This document shows positions 37,942 through 53,005 of a stretch of 64,000 nt of DNA, piece after piece. Position 1 is the first letter of the stretch, and each line of letters begins with the position of its first letter. The notes under the pieces are model-generated. The model ran no database searches and had not been told where the DNA came from. It saw nothing but the letters and a program-made list of their open reading frames with translations. The position numbers and the translations under genes were made by a program. Source of the stretch: Phoronis australis (taxonomy: Eukaryota; Animalia; Phoronida); assembly GCA_002633005.1 (NCBI GenBank), contig NMRA01000655.1, positions 74,643-138,642 on the forward strand, given 5' to 3'.

Positions 37942-40900
37942 ATGGAACCGTCGGTGAATTCTGCCACAGCCATATTCTTTCTATTTCCGCTGATAATATG
38001 GCCAAACACATGTCAAGGTGAAATTCAAAATGTAAAATGTAAGAAGCAGTTGTCTGATTGTTCGTGTGATCTTGAAAATGGTGCTGGGACTATAAATCTT
38101 ACGTCGTTAATGAGATCAGACGGAATACCAAAGTAAGTAACTTTTGTTTCGAACGTTTCCTTCAACATGAGCGCATGGAGGTGAGCCGGGAGAGGCACAG
38201 CTCAAAGCGACCGTTCAGAAAACAGCTTAAGGGTATAAGAGGTGACGAAAGTTCAATACGAGCAGAGGGGGAGTGGTGAAACTGGTATTACACAGGTGGG
38301 TGGGGGGAAATGTGTCTGATGGAGACGACTGGTGACTGGGAGGGGGGGGGAGNNNNNNNNNNNNNNNNNNNNNNNNNNNNNTGGGAGGGGGGGGGAGTGC
38401 AGAGTGCGTTAGTATAATCATAAATGGTGATTTTAATGCCCGAAACTCTACATGGTACAATGATGATCATGACAATACGGCCGGAATACAATTGTTTGAT
38501 AATCTTATTGTCTAATGACTGCATACAGCTAATTAATGAGCCAATCCGCATCACCGACGTTTCTCGTTTGATATCTACGTAACAAACAATTTGAGTATCA
38601 TTGACTCGTGTTCTGTACTACCTCCTGTTGGCAATTCTGTTCACCTCACAATCGAAACCCCTCTCACACCTAAAAAACCGGTTAAAGAACAACACACCAC
38701 ATGAACCATTTGGAAATATGATCAAGTCAACACCGATAAGTTACGTCAGGATATCACCTACGCTGACTGATATATACTGGACACTGGCGACATTGATGAC
38801 ATTGTTTCACTCTTCACTAGTACTCTCTATGAAATTTAAAAAAAATACAACTTCCCATCAACTGAAAAGATAATTCAACACAACAGCCAACCGTGGTTCA
38901 ACAATAATATTAAACGGGCAATCCGCACAAGAAACAGACTTTACAACTCTTTCAGGAGATCTAACAACACTGTAATCTACAACAGATACAAGGAGCAGTA
39001 ACGCCAGGCAGAGATTTTAGTAAATCAAGTTAAAGCTGATCACCGCCACAAGCTTTTTCAACAAATTAACAATGCAAGCTAGAACTCCAAAGAATACTGG
39101 AACATCATCAATATAATACACGGCAGTCAACAACAATCAAGTCATCAACCACAATGGTAACCTAGCCTCAAGTAGCAGTGACATGTGTGACGTGGTTCTC
39201 AAAATTTTCACGAACAAAAGCCACACTACACCAACTGAAGTAGGTAACTTTCCTTTCTTCGTGAACGTTGTGTCAATCAACTGTCCGATATCCCGGCTAA
39301 TCAAACTGCTATCCGGATGTATCTCAATGAAATTGATCCCAATACGAATGATGGTACAGATTTTACCACCAGCAGGATGATCAAAATGGTTTCCAACGAA
39401 ATTACCATGCCCTCAACCAATCTATTTAACAAACTTCTTCAGCTAGGTATATATCCGTCTTCTTGGAAAAATAGAATTATGGTCCCTATACACAAAAAGA
39501 CTCCAAAACTGAAATTTCAAATTATCGCCCAATAACTTTACTTAACACGCTATCCAAAATCTCCGAGAAGATCATTGCTCAAACAAAACAACTTGATCTA
39601 TCATCGTCAATTTGTTTTTTTTTGCATGAGAACAATAACGTGCCACAACTTGTTGAAATAGTACATGAGATTCATTTACATTTTGAGAAGGGCGGCAGTG
39701 TCAGGTCCATTTTTCTAGATATAGCTTCTGCTTTCGACTGTGTCCCTCGCGATCTTCTACTTCACAAACTTCGATTAAATGGCATTACTGGGAATCTTTT
39801 AATCATGATCACCTCATATCTCTCCGATCGTACATACAGTGTTCGTGTCGACGGCGTACTTTCAACTTTATCCCCTCCTGGATTGGTAAACGCAGGTGTA
39901 CCTCAAGGTAGCGTATTGGGCCCTCTTCTCTTCTTGGTTTATATTAATGACCTTCCTGATAACCTGTCATGTAATACATACCTTTATGCACATGACACGG
40001 CGCTTTTTTACCCCTTTGCAGGGAGCAGCCTTGAGAGTTCTTTGCAGCTTCAACAAGACAAATAAACTCAGCTATTGGTCACAAGAATAAAGAATGAATT
40101 TTAAACCAGAAAAAAACGTTGACCTCACTTTCTCAAAATCGATTAATGCTCTCTTCCTTGTTGACCCGTCTTATGACCTTAAACTTATTGATGAAATCAT
40201 TCCTAGAAAACAGTCGCACAGACATCTTGGTAAACTGTTAGATGGAAAACTCATTCACTCCTCATGTTCGGGAGCTTGTACAAAAACTCGGAAACTAATT
40301 AACCTACATGTACTTAAGCTTGTCTCTCGTCATCTGTATTGTACACATTTAGAGGTTCTGTTCAAATTCTTTATACTTCCACACATCGATTATTGTGATA
40401 TAATATATCAGTCTGCCAATACTGGTGCACTCCAGCATTTGGAGAAATTACAGTATCATGCTGTCTTACTCATAACAGGAGCTTACTGGGGATTCAATAG
40501 TGTTAAGATTATGAATAGTCTCAAGTGGTCCAAACTGTCTACTCGACGCAATCTTCACATGACCACATTTACTTTCAAAGTAATAAACAATGTCAACAAC
40601 TCCTCTGNAATGATGGTACAGATTTTACCACCAGCAGGATGATCAAAATGGTTTCCAACGAAATTACCATGCCCTCAACCAATCTATTTAACAAACTTCC
40701 TCAGCTAGGTATATATCCGTCTTCTTGGAAAAATAGAATTATGGTCCTTATACACAAAAAGACTCCAAAACTGAAATTTCTAATTATCGCCCAATAACTT
40801 TACTTAACACGCTATCCAAAATCTCCGAGAAAGTCATTGCTCAAAGTATTCCTACATTTCTCAAACAAAACAACTTGATCTATCATCGTCAATTTTTTTT

Positions 40901-43900
40901 GCGTGAGAACAGTAACGTGGCACAACTTGTTGAAATAGTACATGAGATTCATTTACATTTTGAGAAGGGCGGCAGTGTCAGGTCCATTTTTCTAGATATA
41001 GCTTCTGCTTTCGACTGTGTCCCTCACGATCTTCTACTTCACAAACTTCGATTACATGGCATTACTGGGAATCTTTTAAACATGATCACCTCATATCTCT
41101 CCGATCGTACATACAGTGTTCGTGTCGACGGCGTACTTTCAACTTTATCCCCTCCTGGATTGGTAAACGCAGGTGTACCTCAGGGTAGCGTATTGGGCCC
41201 TCTTCTCTTCTTGTTTTATATTAATGAACTTCCTGATAACCTGTCATGTAATACATACCTTTATGCAGATGACACGGCGCTTTTTTACCCCTTTGCAGGG
41301 AGCAGCCTTGAGAGTTCTTTGCAGCTTCAACAAGACAAATAAACTCAGCTATTGGTCACAAGAATAAAGAATGAATTTTAAACCAGAAAAAAGCGTTTAC
41401 CTCACTTTCTCAAAATCGATTAATGCTCTCTTCCTTGTTGACCCGTCTTATGACCTTAAACTTATTGATGAAATCATTCCTAGAAAACAGTCGCACAGAC
41501 ATCTTGGTAAACTGTTAGATGGAAAACTCATTCACTCCTCATGTTCGGGAGCTTGTACAAAAACTCGGAAACTAATTAACCTACATGTACTTAAGCTTGT
41601 CTCTCGTCATCTGTATTGTACACATTTAGAGGTTCTGTTCAAATTCTTTATACTTCCACACATCGATTATTGTGATATAATATATCAGTCTGCCAATACT
41701 GGTGCACTCCAGCATTTGGAGAAATTACAGTATCATGCTGTCTTACTCATAACAGGAGCTTACTGGGGATTCAATAGTGTTAAGATTATGAATAGTCTCA
41801 AGTGGTCCAAACTGTCTACTCGACGCAATCTTCACATGACCACATTTACTTTCAAAGTAATAAACAATGTCAACAACTCCTCTGTCAAAAATATATGATC
41901 TATACATTAGGCAAGGCCATCGTAGCGATTTGAGATCCTCCACCCCATATGCAATTCTTCCGTCGTTCACTCAGGCATTCAGAAGGTCTACAGTTATGAT
42001 GTGCATCAACTGGAATTCTCTTCCAGTCTCTGATAAGGAAAGGAAATCTTTTACGAGAATAAAAAATAATTTTAGAACTGTTTTTCATAATTCAACACCC
42101 AATTCTCCCTTTCCCGCGATAACGAAATAGCAATGCGCAGATCAAGATGCGGTCTTGTCCTCATTTCCAACAAGTATAGGCACAACTTTAGTAATGTCTC
42201 TCCAAACTGTAAATGTGGTGACCATCAATCTTATCCTCATGTTTTCTTCAGATGTCCCCTCGTCGAATACCTGAGAGACTCACTCTTTCGTACATTCAAT
42301 GAAAACCAATCAATTGTGAAAGCTCTCAATTCTGGTAATAATATCCCTCCTAAAGTTACATTATTACTGAATGGTAGTCCTAACCTTGACCTTGTTCTCA
42401 ATGGATTCCTCCAAAGTAAACGTAAGCAATTTTTATGTACCGTTTATAAATATTGTTGGTTCTGATTTCCATAAATGAATCTGTGCATGTTTTTGTTTTT
42501 ATATGTTCGTAATAGCATATCTAGATATTGGAATACTTATATTAGATGCTACTTAAATGTATATACCTCTATGTATATGTTCGCAATAGCATATCTAGAT
42601 ATTGGAATACTTATATTAGATGCTACTTAAATGTAAATACCTCTATGTATATGTTCGCAATAGCATATCTAAATATTGGAATACTTATATTAGATGCTAC
42701 TTAAATGTATATACCTCTATGTATATGTTCGCAATAGCATATCTAAATATTGGAATACTTGTATTAGATGCTACTTAAATGTATATACCTCTATGTATAT
42801 GTTCGTAATAGCATATCTAAATATTGGAATACTTATATTAGATACTACTTAATTGTATTTACCTCTATGTATATTAGTTACATTTATGAATTGTCTACAA
42901 CCCAGATATAATGTTTCGCGATTTCTGGGTTTGTCATTATTTCTTTGTATGTTCTGTGTATTCTTCAATACACATATATCACTTAAAAAAGTGCAAAGAC
43001 GGGAGAGGTGATGGCCAAGAGCCGCTGCACTCAATTTTTCTTCTCACTGAACAAACCCTGTCTACCCTCACACATGAAACGTACATGTGCATTCACGTGG
43101 AAGATTTTGCCAGAGGAGGTTTGTGCCAATACTTTCAATAAAATTCACCAGAATGTATTCATTTGCGTGTTTAATACTAAATGTATTCATTTTTGCTTAT
43201 GGTATCACCATCAAAATACTGTAACGCTCAATTTTATTGTCAGGTTCTCAGGGGCCAAATTTGGAAAGGAGTACAAGTGGAACCCGTGCAAAGATTTCAC
43301 ACTTCAAAGTTGCAAAAATGTTGCGGTAAACATTTTCTTCGTCTCTTACTCCCTTATTGTGTTCTGTTTCACGATGTGCAGGTCTCTAAGCTAATAAAAA
43401 TAACACATTGAATCTTTATAAAATATGAGGATTCGACACAGTTTGACAGAACACGTAAAGTATTCCTTGTTTTTACGACACTGACTAACTTTTAAAACAC
43501 TTGAATATGATTTTCAATTTCAAATAACAGATTATTTGATGAAACAAATGTTGACTTTGCGCTGAATTTTTTTTTTAATTTTGGCGTTTAATAATATCGC
43601 GCGACATCAAATTTTACAATGACGTCTTACTAAACAATGGGCAAACCCCAAGTGTAGACTACTTAGTGTAAACATTAGGTACATACGCAAAACGTACCGA
43701 GAGTGGCGTAGATGAAGTTATATCACACGAGACATTTTTCCGCGTATCGACCGAGATCGGGTTAAGTGTATTTATCCCATACGCTTCGAATTCCAAAGTT
43801 TCTTTCATTTTTTTGGCAGATTTTCAAATACTTCACCTAGACTGTTAACGTGGCCGATCACATCCGATATGTATGTACTTGCGCGTTAGGTTACAAGCTT

Positions 43901-46900
43901 TCTCTAGTAAGAGAAGCAGTTTTAAATGTAACGATTTATTAGTTGAAAAGAGATAACGAAGATGAAAACGACGGTAATTGTGCATTGAACTTGCTACATT
44001 TCCTGAAAATAGTTAAATAACAACAATATTTGCTATTGTATTACCGAGGAATCGGCGCCTGAGTTGCAGACGATAAAAATATTTAGCAATAGAAAACTGG
44101 GACAGAAGTGTCATATGATTAACATTTTTGTTCCAGATCTTACGTTTGGGATCTGATTGCATGTTGAGTGTTATTTATACTGATGCAACTGAATTACTTT
44201 AAGCTATTTTGGGAAAGAAAGTTTGATGATCGAACCGGCTAACGACGTCGAGTCGACATTGACCTACCATTTGAACTTTCCATGTCAGAGGTCACTGTTG
44301 AAGTTGTGCGGGGCTGGAATACAGAAAACAATATCGCATGGGCGTATTGCAACCTACTGATTCAACGCGTATGGGATAAAATGCATGCCTTGATTCAAAC
44401 AGCAATTTTGAATTTATAAAAGAATAAATTCTCATCTTAAATTGCTCCCATGAACTTAACTTAGTTCACAATCTCGACAATACATTATAATCTATATCTT
44501 GTGAACTTTATCGGGTTTAATCATGGTCTTAAAGTACTCTAAGTCCATAAAAGCGTTAAATTTGATTGCACCGTGTTAAAGAAATGAATAACCCCGGAAC
44601 TGCGATTAAAACCCTTAAAATATGAAACTGACAATATGGAGCAAAATTAATCTGTTTTCCAAAAGATTTCAACCACTAACTAGAAGTGACTGTCAACAAC
44701 TCGCGTAAATTTCACATCTCTGCCAAAGGTGCCTTTGTTTATGCGGTTTTAACGGGAAAACTAATGCGGTGACACTAGACGTTATTGCCAATGTTGTGGG
44801 CTGACACAAAAATACAAAACACGAAAAATTAAAAAAGAAAAACAAATCAAAAGTTTGTCGAGTCCTCTTAGATCGTTTTTTTCAGTTATTCGTTTCACAT
44901 TACTTTCACGAAAAAATGTTCTTTTTGGTTTTTCAGTTATCCTGTTCTCGCTGTTTTGAATTCTATTTCACCTGGATGTCTTTGTGCAGAGTATTTTCGT
45001 ATCCGGATTTGTTACAAAATGTAAAATTATCCAATATTACGATCGAACTAATGAACTAGCATTCAAAGGAAAACACAAAATATTTTGTTTAGCAAAAGTT
45101 GCCTTTGTTTATGTTTTACTTTCTGTTTTGAAATTAATAGGTTTGTAGCATATCTCATTACCGAGGAGATTATTACGAATCCTTAGGAAGTCAGTCATCG
45201 GCTAAATTTGAGACGTCTCCAGACAAAGGGTTGCAGTTGACGTATATACTGGTTACGGCTGGATATACAAAGTGAGTACATGTGTATGCACTAAGAAAAT
45301 TATGGTCATCATCATTCTCTTTCACCATAGTATCCACCGCCACCAAGTCATGTCTATAACTAGCAGACATGGGCATATTCTATGAGTCTTTGTATTTTTG
45401 CTAAAGTGAGATTTTCTTATTGTTGGGGAAAAGCTGTGTGAAGTAAGTGTATTTAGTATCACATCTGAGCCCAGAAATAATTGATACAATTCTGTTAATA
45501 TTCTACTGATGACTCTTTGTATCTTTCCTAGAATGAGATTTACTTATTTTGATCAAATTTCTGACTTAATTCTTAAATCAATTATGAATGAGACCCAAGT
45601 TCGCATACTTCAGACATTAACATGGATTTGCGACGAGCAATTTTCACCAAGTGGAGCGTAAGCGGTAAATACTATGCCATAATGTAATAATTCAATATCA
45701 TAATTAAAGATTCTGACATCACTGAACTGTCCCTTCGCTGATTTTGCTAGGTTATGGAAGCAAAGTCTCAAACACACTCGCAAAACACCGGGCTTTCACG
45801 CGCATGATGTTTTTGTATGATCTTGCTTGATCTCATTTTTCTCTCACGAAACTTGGTCTACGGAAAGCTGACCAGGAAATATTGTCAAAAGTACAGAATC
45901 ACCGTTAAATAATGAGACCGCACTACGCACATTGATCTGTTTCTTTTGGGCATTGCAACTACGATAGGTAAGGTTTAGATTTTAATTAGGTCAGTATTGT
46001 GTACAAATGCGTGCTTACCTACAGATGACGTGTCCAGCGCACATCAGCAAAATGGCGGCAACTGAAGTGATTGATTTGTGTGATTAAAATGTTGAATTAT
46101 GGGATATAATTCTTTGTTTCCTGTTCATGGGCCTTTACAGCGTCTTGGGTCTACAAAACGCAATACAGTATTCATTAACTGTTCCAGGAAGTCCTCTATT
46201 AGCTTGCAATGTGACAAGAGTATAGAAGACGATACCTTCACCGTAGACAGTACTTCATACACGAATAAAACTACAGCCGAATATGTAAGATATTTTTATT
46301 CAGAATAATCTATTGAGAGAATAAATCAAATGTGTATGCGACAAAGCATTAAGAAGTAAGGTTATCTATAAAATAATACCTGTTTTGAATATTTGTCGAA
46401 TATGTAAGCTACGCTGAATTCTCATTACAGATTGCCCGTTTGAAAGAATGGCCGCGTTTTTTCGGCATATATTGATGATTAATGCAGACGGAATTGTTAT
46501 TACATTTTTCTTATATGGAAAATGTGAAATTAGATCTTTGACGGAAACAAAACGATGGCGAGTTCAAGCACCAGTCAGTCAGACTCGTTTAGCGGATGCG
46601 CACATACATATTATTAGGAGCGGAGAATATGAAAACTGTATTGGGCATGAAAGAGTTTATATTTCTTCTGTTTTTTTCAAAAATAATAAATCAGACGATT
46701 TTTTCTAGAAATTCTTGCAATATTCAAAATGAACAACTCCCACGTTAGCATCTCGAAGAAGTATATTCGTCACGATCTGTTTAAAAAGTAATTTTGCGAG
46801 AATTCGCGTCCCATGCCTCAGTCTCGGTCTATATTGGACCATCGGCGTATTTGGACTTCAAACGCATTATGGTGGCAACGAAGATGGAAGAACCCTTGTC

Positions 46901-49165
46901 CGAGATTGCCACCATTCTTATCCAAATCCGGGGGGGCTTGCCTATCTATCTATCATGCACTTAGTTATTCATCTTACGTCAATACATTTCCAGTATATGA
47001 CGTTACGAAGCAGGTTTTGTTGTCCCGTTCAACCAGCGCCAACAACAATGGTACCACCACCACCGACTCTCAGCGTAGGAACTATTCTGGTTATTTTGTA
47101 AGTCTTTCCTGTGGTTGTGAAAAGCTCAAAAGCGCTAGCGCGTATGCATGTGTCATCATTGACTTTTACCGACCAAGATGATTGCATTTTCTTAACTAGC
47201 ATCAACATTACTCGTGTCAAATTAGTACGCCCTCTGATGGCCACATTAATTTCTGATTAGAAAATAGTGGGTTCATAAACTTACAAGTTGGTACTCTAGA
47301 TAGATGTAATCTATGGCACGCTTATCCAATAGTAACTGTTTTAACCCTTTAGAAATATTCCCGATATAAAATTTTGTATTTTTGTAAAACCCTTCAATAA
47401 ATCCTTTGTGAATGTGAGTCCTACAAATATAACAGAACATTTCAGAAAGCTGTATTTCCTCAGCACTTAGCTGCCAAAAACGAAAAATGATTTAAGCCAC
47501 TTAAGCTCATGAAATCGGTTCTATAATACTTCTTACCCTGACAGGACTTGATTCATGTAACTAACAAGAATGAAAAAAATCAAGCGACTCGTGTCAAGAA
47601 AACGCTTCAAACTTTGTTGACGAAGGCCAACCCTAAAACTGCGAATTGGAAAATGTCGCATGTATACATTACTCCGAGATGCTCATTCGGCAACAATTCA
47701 AGATCGAATGAGAGTGATAATGTTTTAAAAAAAAACAACAAAGCTCTCGGTTTATAAATTCAACATTGACAGCTAAACAGTGCCGACATGCCCATTTAAA
47801 GTTCTATCAGATTACTGAACAATGCTCATGTTAATTGGGATGACAGTGTAAGTTATTGGACCTACCGTAGTAATTAAACAGCGCACTAGCTGTCCAATCT
47901 CTAAATCCCCAAACTGTAAATCAGCAGGGATACAAAAGCGACTTAAACGTGTCTTAATTCGATTACATGATTTTTCAGCTTTTTGGTTACGCTGACAGTT
48001 TATTTTCTGTCTGGTCTAATCTTCATGCGATTTCACCGCGATGCCTCGTGTCCTCATGTTATTCCAAACTACCGCTTTTGGTCTTCGCTACCTGGATTCA
48101 TAAAGGTTAGACTGAATTGTTAGTTTTCCCTATACGTCTTTGATCGTAATGAGTTGTATTACGTGGAAGGCAACGTTTCCTGAAATGCCGTTCTTGAGAA
48201 CGAATACAAGTATTTTGAAGTACAGTTATATGTAACACATGGGATGCAAATAGAACAAAACACTCAATTACCAACCACAACACTACTTTTCCGCTTCATT
48301 TTTAAGTTACTTCAGTCGAAACACAGGCCCGAACAATGCTCATTCAAGACAACTCCAAATATTTTCAAACGTAACAATTAAATATAACTTCTATAGTGTA
48401 CTTTTTGTTTTTGGTGGTGCACCACCACTTAAAATGGCCACCGTACTGAGTGACAGCTGACGCTGACTCACTCAACTTCCGCCATAGTTAGTGAGGTAAC
48501 ATAAGGTAAACGCAAACAAGTCTGGATTAGTTACGAATGTATTTTAGTCATTTGACTGACGAATCTCATGTTGTGTTGTGAATTAGTGAATGTAAAGAAA
48601 ACACATCATTTATAATCCACTGAGTCCTTAATGAAGATTTAGATTTCGCAAAACGGATCGAGTTTTATCCTTTTTGCATTGCACATGCGCGCACCCAGGG
48701 GGAAATTTGGCGAAGTGGGCAAAAAGTTCCGCATCAGAGAAACAAAAAGACCGGGAAAACGAGACAGAAGTCCACTAAAAGGCGCAGACGCATAGGCCAC
48801 AGTTCTGAAGGTGGTACCCCGTTTTTTCAGTCCTGCAGCATCGGCAGAAATTCGAGCCCCCCATATTAAAGGCTGGGGTGCACGCATGTTGCATTCTAGG
48901 ATTAAATTGCTCAAATTTAGACAACTCCCAATACAGTATAGGAGATGCAAATTTGTCTACTCAAATCACAAATCTAAATTTTGATAAAGGTAAACATTCG
49001 AAGGTTTGAGTCATTACGTTAGAGATTAATAACTAACACGATGGTGTGGTCATTCACGTTTAAATCATTTTTGGTAATTTTGTACTTACCGTATGCTCTT
49101 TTCAGGATGGTTTTGCAATCTCCACCAGAAGCTGTAGAGGACAAGGAACATATCAACAAATTTAA
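37942..49165 (+). CDS. MRH-domain type I membrane protein, CD-MPR/ATG27-like, paralog B (263 aa)
   Basis: Exons 37942-38132, 43244-43325, 45141-45271, 46188-46284, 46994-47097, 47979-48105, 49106-49165; 792 nt open, same phases as A. Translation: CKKQLSDCSC..INLTSL..YKWNPC..VC..LG..LQC..YMTLRSRFCCP..LSVGTILVIFFLVTLTVYFLSG..IPNYRFWSSLPGFIKDGF..YQQI*. Confidence 0.9.
38410..42465 (+). mobile_element. Degenerate CR1/L2-group LINE ORF2 (endonuclease + reverse transcriptase) in intron 1 of paralog B
   Basis: GDFNA endonuclease motif at ~38425, then QLINEP and PWFN. RT motifs FLDIASAFD, GVPQGSVLGPLLF and YADDT. C-terminal RHNF..SPNCKCG..HVFFRCP. Many stops and frameshifts. The segment 39347-40607 is repeated at 40609-41884 across an N. 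Confidence 0.9.
42501..42872. repeat. 74-bp tandem repeat, 5 copies, at the LINE 3' end
   Basis: Unit ATATGTTCG(C/T)AATAGCATATCTA(G/A)ATATTGGAATACTT..CTCTATGT starting at 42501, 42575, 42649, 42723 and 42797. Confidence 0.95.
48684..48888. mobile_element. Short hAT-like MITE; related copy at ~2972-3140
   Basis: Ends CATGCGCGCACCC...GGGTGCACGCATG. Internal TTTGGCGAAGTGG..AAGTCCACTAAA is shared with 2972-3140. Confidence 0.55.
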
Positions 49166-49875
49166 TACTTTTTTGAGGACTGTGTCAATCATTTTCATGG
49201 AAATATTTAACTATTTATTAATGATAAGTCATGTGCATCATGTGGCCATATCGAAATTATGGTACTTTATTTCATTCGCTATTTTAAATGTCACAAAAAT
49301 TAACAGTGGCATTCCAGTTCCAAGAGTACGTCATAAAATATCACCCCTGATGTACTTGTCACTGGGTGGTCCGTGGTACACCTCTCTTTTTTGTCCGTTT
49401 CGGCTTACGAACATTTAGCCACCGAACCTTCCGAATATTAGGTGAATCACACAAGGCATATTTCGTCCTCCGCAGGGTTTTGGAATCGTTGCACCTTTGC
49501 CCAGAATGGCTATGCTTATTGCACTGGATGACGTGGTTACATGTTGCGGTCACATGATGTAAGGTGACCACTTCGCCAGTCGATGACGACCATTTTGACA
49601 ATTTCCAATAGTGTCAGAGCGTACCCAGTTTTAAAGCCACAGGTTCACCGTGCGTTACTACTGTAACAACACGTAGTTAATTTCATGTGATAAGGAAAAT
49701 ATCAATTCACCGAGACTAAAGGATTTGTAAAAGTATTTAGATATCGTATCATGTCATTTCATAGAATGAATCATTGTCTACTTAGCATGCACAGGGGCGA
49801 GAGTATATGTAAATGTTGATAATACAGTGTATATGAGGTATCGCCTTTATACTCTTCGAGTCGTATGTTCTGGAT

Positions 49876-52800
49876 ATGACTTGGTTTCGCGTGTATATTA
49901 CACTTCTGTTTATTTTTGAACGGTCCTGTTCATCCATTCAAAACCTCAAGTGTAAAAAGCAACTTTCTAGCTGTAAATGCGAGTTGGAAAATGACGGAGG
50001 TATCATAGATCTCATGCCGCTGAGCAGGAAAGACGGAGCACCAAAGTAAGTTGCCTTTTACACGTATCCTATTTGTACCCAAACTTTGGTCATGTACATG
50101 AACAAATGTGCTGTACTTATATTCCTATAAAGCATTTAAAACACTTCTGTTGTGAGGTGATAGAGACATCAAAAAATTTTTCGCACCTTTCACACTGATT
50201 TCAAAGAAAACCGTGTATAAATCCATGTCAATTATTTACAGTTTTCGCGTGAAAAAAATCAAATTTCGTTTTGATTCCCCTTCAAAATAATTTCTCTAGT
50301 TTAATAATTTAATGACATAAGCACAAATAAATAAAATAAGGGCGCATAGATCGAATGCTTGAACTCAACGTAGTCATTAGCCTGGTTCAACAATGGTCCT
50401 TAAAATTTTACCGACCAGATCTTTCCCTTTTCCATTCGCTTGAAGGTTACTTGTATTTGCAGCAAAAATCGTCAAACTGAACAAGAACGTTCTCTGAATA
50501 TGGTAGGAGTTCCAGATCTGGGTAGGGCAGTGCAGAGCCAAATTTATGAACTTTCATTACTCAGAATTACTGAATAGAATTCGTGGCAATCAATCCCCGG
50601 TTACTTCACTGAATCTTTCCATTTTTGGGAAGTGCATGCCCTAACTGTGGCTTTAAACAGAATGAAAATCAGGCCAGAAATCGCCAGGAGCTTTTTAATG
50701 AGGCTTTAGACACTTAATACTCTAACAGAAGAAAAACTACCGTTCCAATTCTTTTCGGTTTTAGATTTTCCAGCGTCTATTCTGGATACACGTACAAATG
50801 GAATCCATGTTTGAACTGTTCTGTAGCAGATGCCTCAGAATGCGCTAACGTGGCTGTGAGTATAGATTGGTGACGTACAGTTAAGAAGTTGTATTATAAA
50901 TACATGCTTGTACTTTTGAGTAATGGTTTGCTTTGAACTAAACAAACGTAAAGTTTTATCCAATGCCCTATTGACCAACAATCTATACTTTACACATATA
51001 ATGGCCATCTATGTGGCTGCTTCATTTTCTTGTTTTTTATTACCATCCATCGCCGACGTTGTTCGTGTAACCTTGTCTTGGGTCTGTTTCATGAAAAGTG
51101 ACTTAACACTTAAGACAGACATTTTGTTTTACATATACACATAACTGCAAGTTACTCAGATAAATCCTCTAAATTATGTGTCGTATTCACAATTACTTGG
51201 CGAAACATTTAATCGTGGCCTGTAAATCAATTTTGATGTTGTCCAGCAGTTTGATCGTTATACATGTTTCAAGTTCATATAAACAACGTAAATGGTGAAT
51301 GATTTTCCTGCATCATAAACTCAGCGATTCGAGTATCAGTACAAGTAGGAATTGTGCAGACTCTTTCAATGCAGCAATGAGAGCACAGTTTGCCGGATGT
51401 AACACGAATGTACTATTTTTGAGTTGCCTTAAGTTAAAATCCGACTAATATGAACTTACCTTGGGTTTAGGTGTGCCAGGTTTCCATTTACAACACAAAC
51501 TATTGTTACTCGATGGGAAAACAGTCATCGGCAAAGTTCTTGACGCCGGACGACAGAGGGCTACAGATATCCTACTCACACGTGGACGGAACCATGACAA
51601 AGTACAACGCTTTTTGAAAGTCACATAACATATCCATAGTAGAAAAGGGGTGCGCTGCGTGGAACACATTTCTTGCGATAAATCTGAGATCAATTATCAG
51701 AGGTGGCAGTGAGGCCTTCTGGGACAAGTGCCCATTAGCTTTACTCGAGGTCGTGGATTCGAGTCCCACCGGGGCACACTGCTAATTCCTCGAGTCACAT
51801 CTCTAGCCCCTCGGCTCAGTTTTAACTATAAATTAATAAACATAAAAATAGTTCCATATGATCAGTGCAGTGGGACCAGCTGAGCAACCTCTGCACGTTT
51901 GGTGCAACGTGTACCAGACCAACAGCAATTATTTTTAAGTCCACTTATCGTTTGAGCAAACACGGGGAAGTCCATGGAAAAAGGCGAATGTTTCTCGAGT
52001 AAGTTTGACACTTGTACATGCATAGGCTAGCAGAAACGAGCATGACTTGGCGGCGAGATTGCAAAATTGAATTGTGAAAAAATAAAGGTTTCTATTTCCT
52101 ATGCGAAGATTTCTCATTGCAACTGTGTACCGAGTGTTTTAATTGTGTTACGGAACGCAACCCATGGGCCGCAAGTCTCTAGCGAGTGTTTTGTGTTACG
52201 GAACGGCATTAAATCTGTGTGTCAATACAAGCTTAGATTTAGGCCACGTATATGTACTGTACTGTTGTGAAACTGGCCTAAAATTTTCTCCGTAAAAATA
52301 GGTGTCATTCCTGGGCTTGGAAGAACTGACAGCTCGTCATTTCTTAGCTCAGACCAACTATGAGCAAAGCGTGACCGGAATTTTTGCAAGCTTGCGCATA
52401 TTTTAAGCAAATAATACGCGTTGAAATAAACGTTAATGGAGCTATTATAAATAGAAACTAGTTTTCTTCAGTGTATAAACTTGCATTTCTAACAAAACCA
52501 CACAGATTGACAATTCATAAAGGCAGGAAGTCATTACCAGGAAGGGCAACATTAATGTTCTGTGCTACAAATTGCACTGTCTGTGCAATCACTCATCGAA
52601 TTTATTCGCCGATGTCTGTTATTATAAGGATCATCGTATTCTCATACCCTGTTGTTCCTTTTTAGGAAATCTCTTATAAGTCTGCAGTGCGAAGAAAACA
52701 GCGAATATAACACATTTACAGTTGATGAATCGCGGTCTATTGCTCCCGACTATAAAGTCACCGAATACGTAAGGAGGTGTCCCAGGCACAGTTGTGCACG

Positions 52801-52973
52801 TAAAATCTAAAGCGATCTTCGGCAAGTTAGTCCAAAAAAGTTTTTCATAAGTAAAACTTCATGTGACTGGACTTTCTAGGTCACGTGATGTGACCATGTG
52901 ACTGTGATGACCATATATATTTATGTATGTATATATATATATATATATACATACATAAATATATATGGTCATC

Positions 52974-53005
<32 letters not shown>

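Noticed and set aside
39347-41884. Apparent tandem duplication of the LINE RT domain (a 'double-RT' element)
   Set aside because: The two near-identical copies are joined exactly at a single N (40608). This is typical of unmerged overlapping contigs or haplotypes, so it is most likely an assembly artefact; long reads would settle it.
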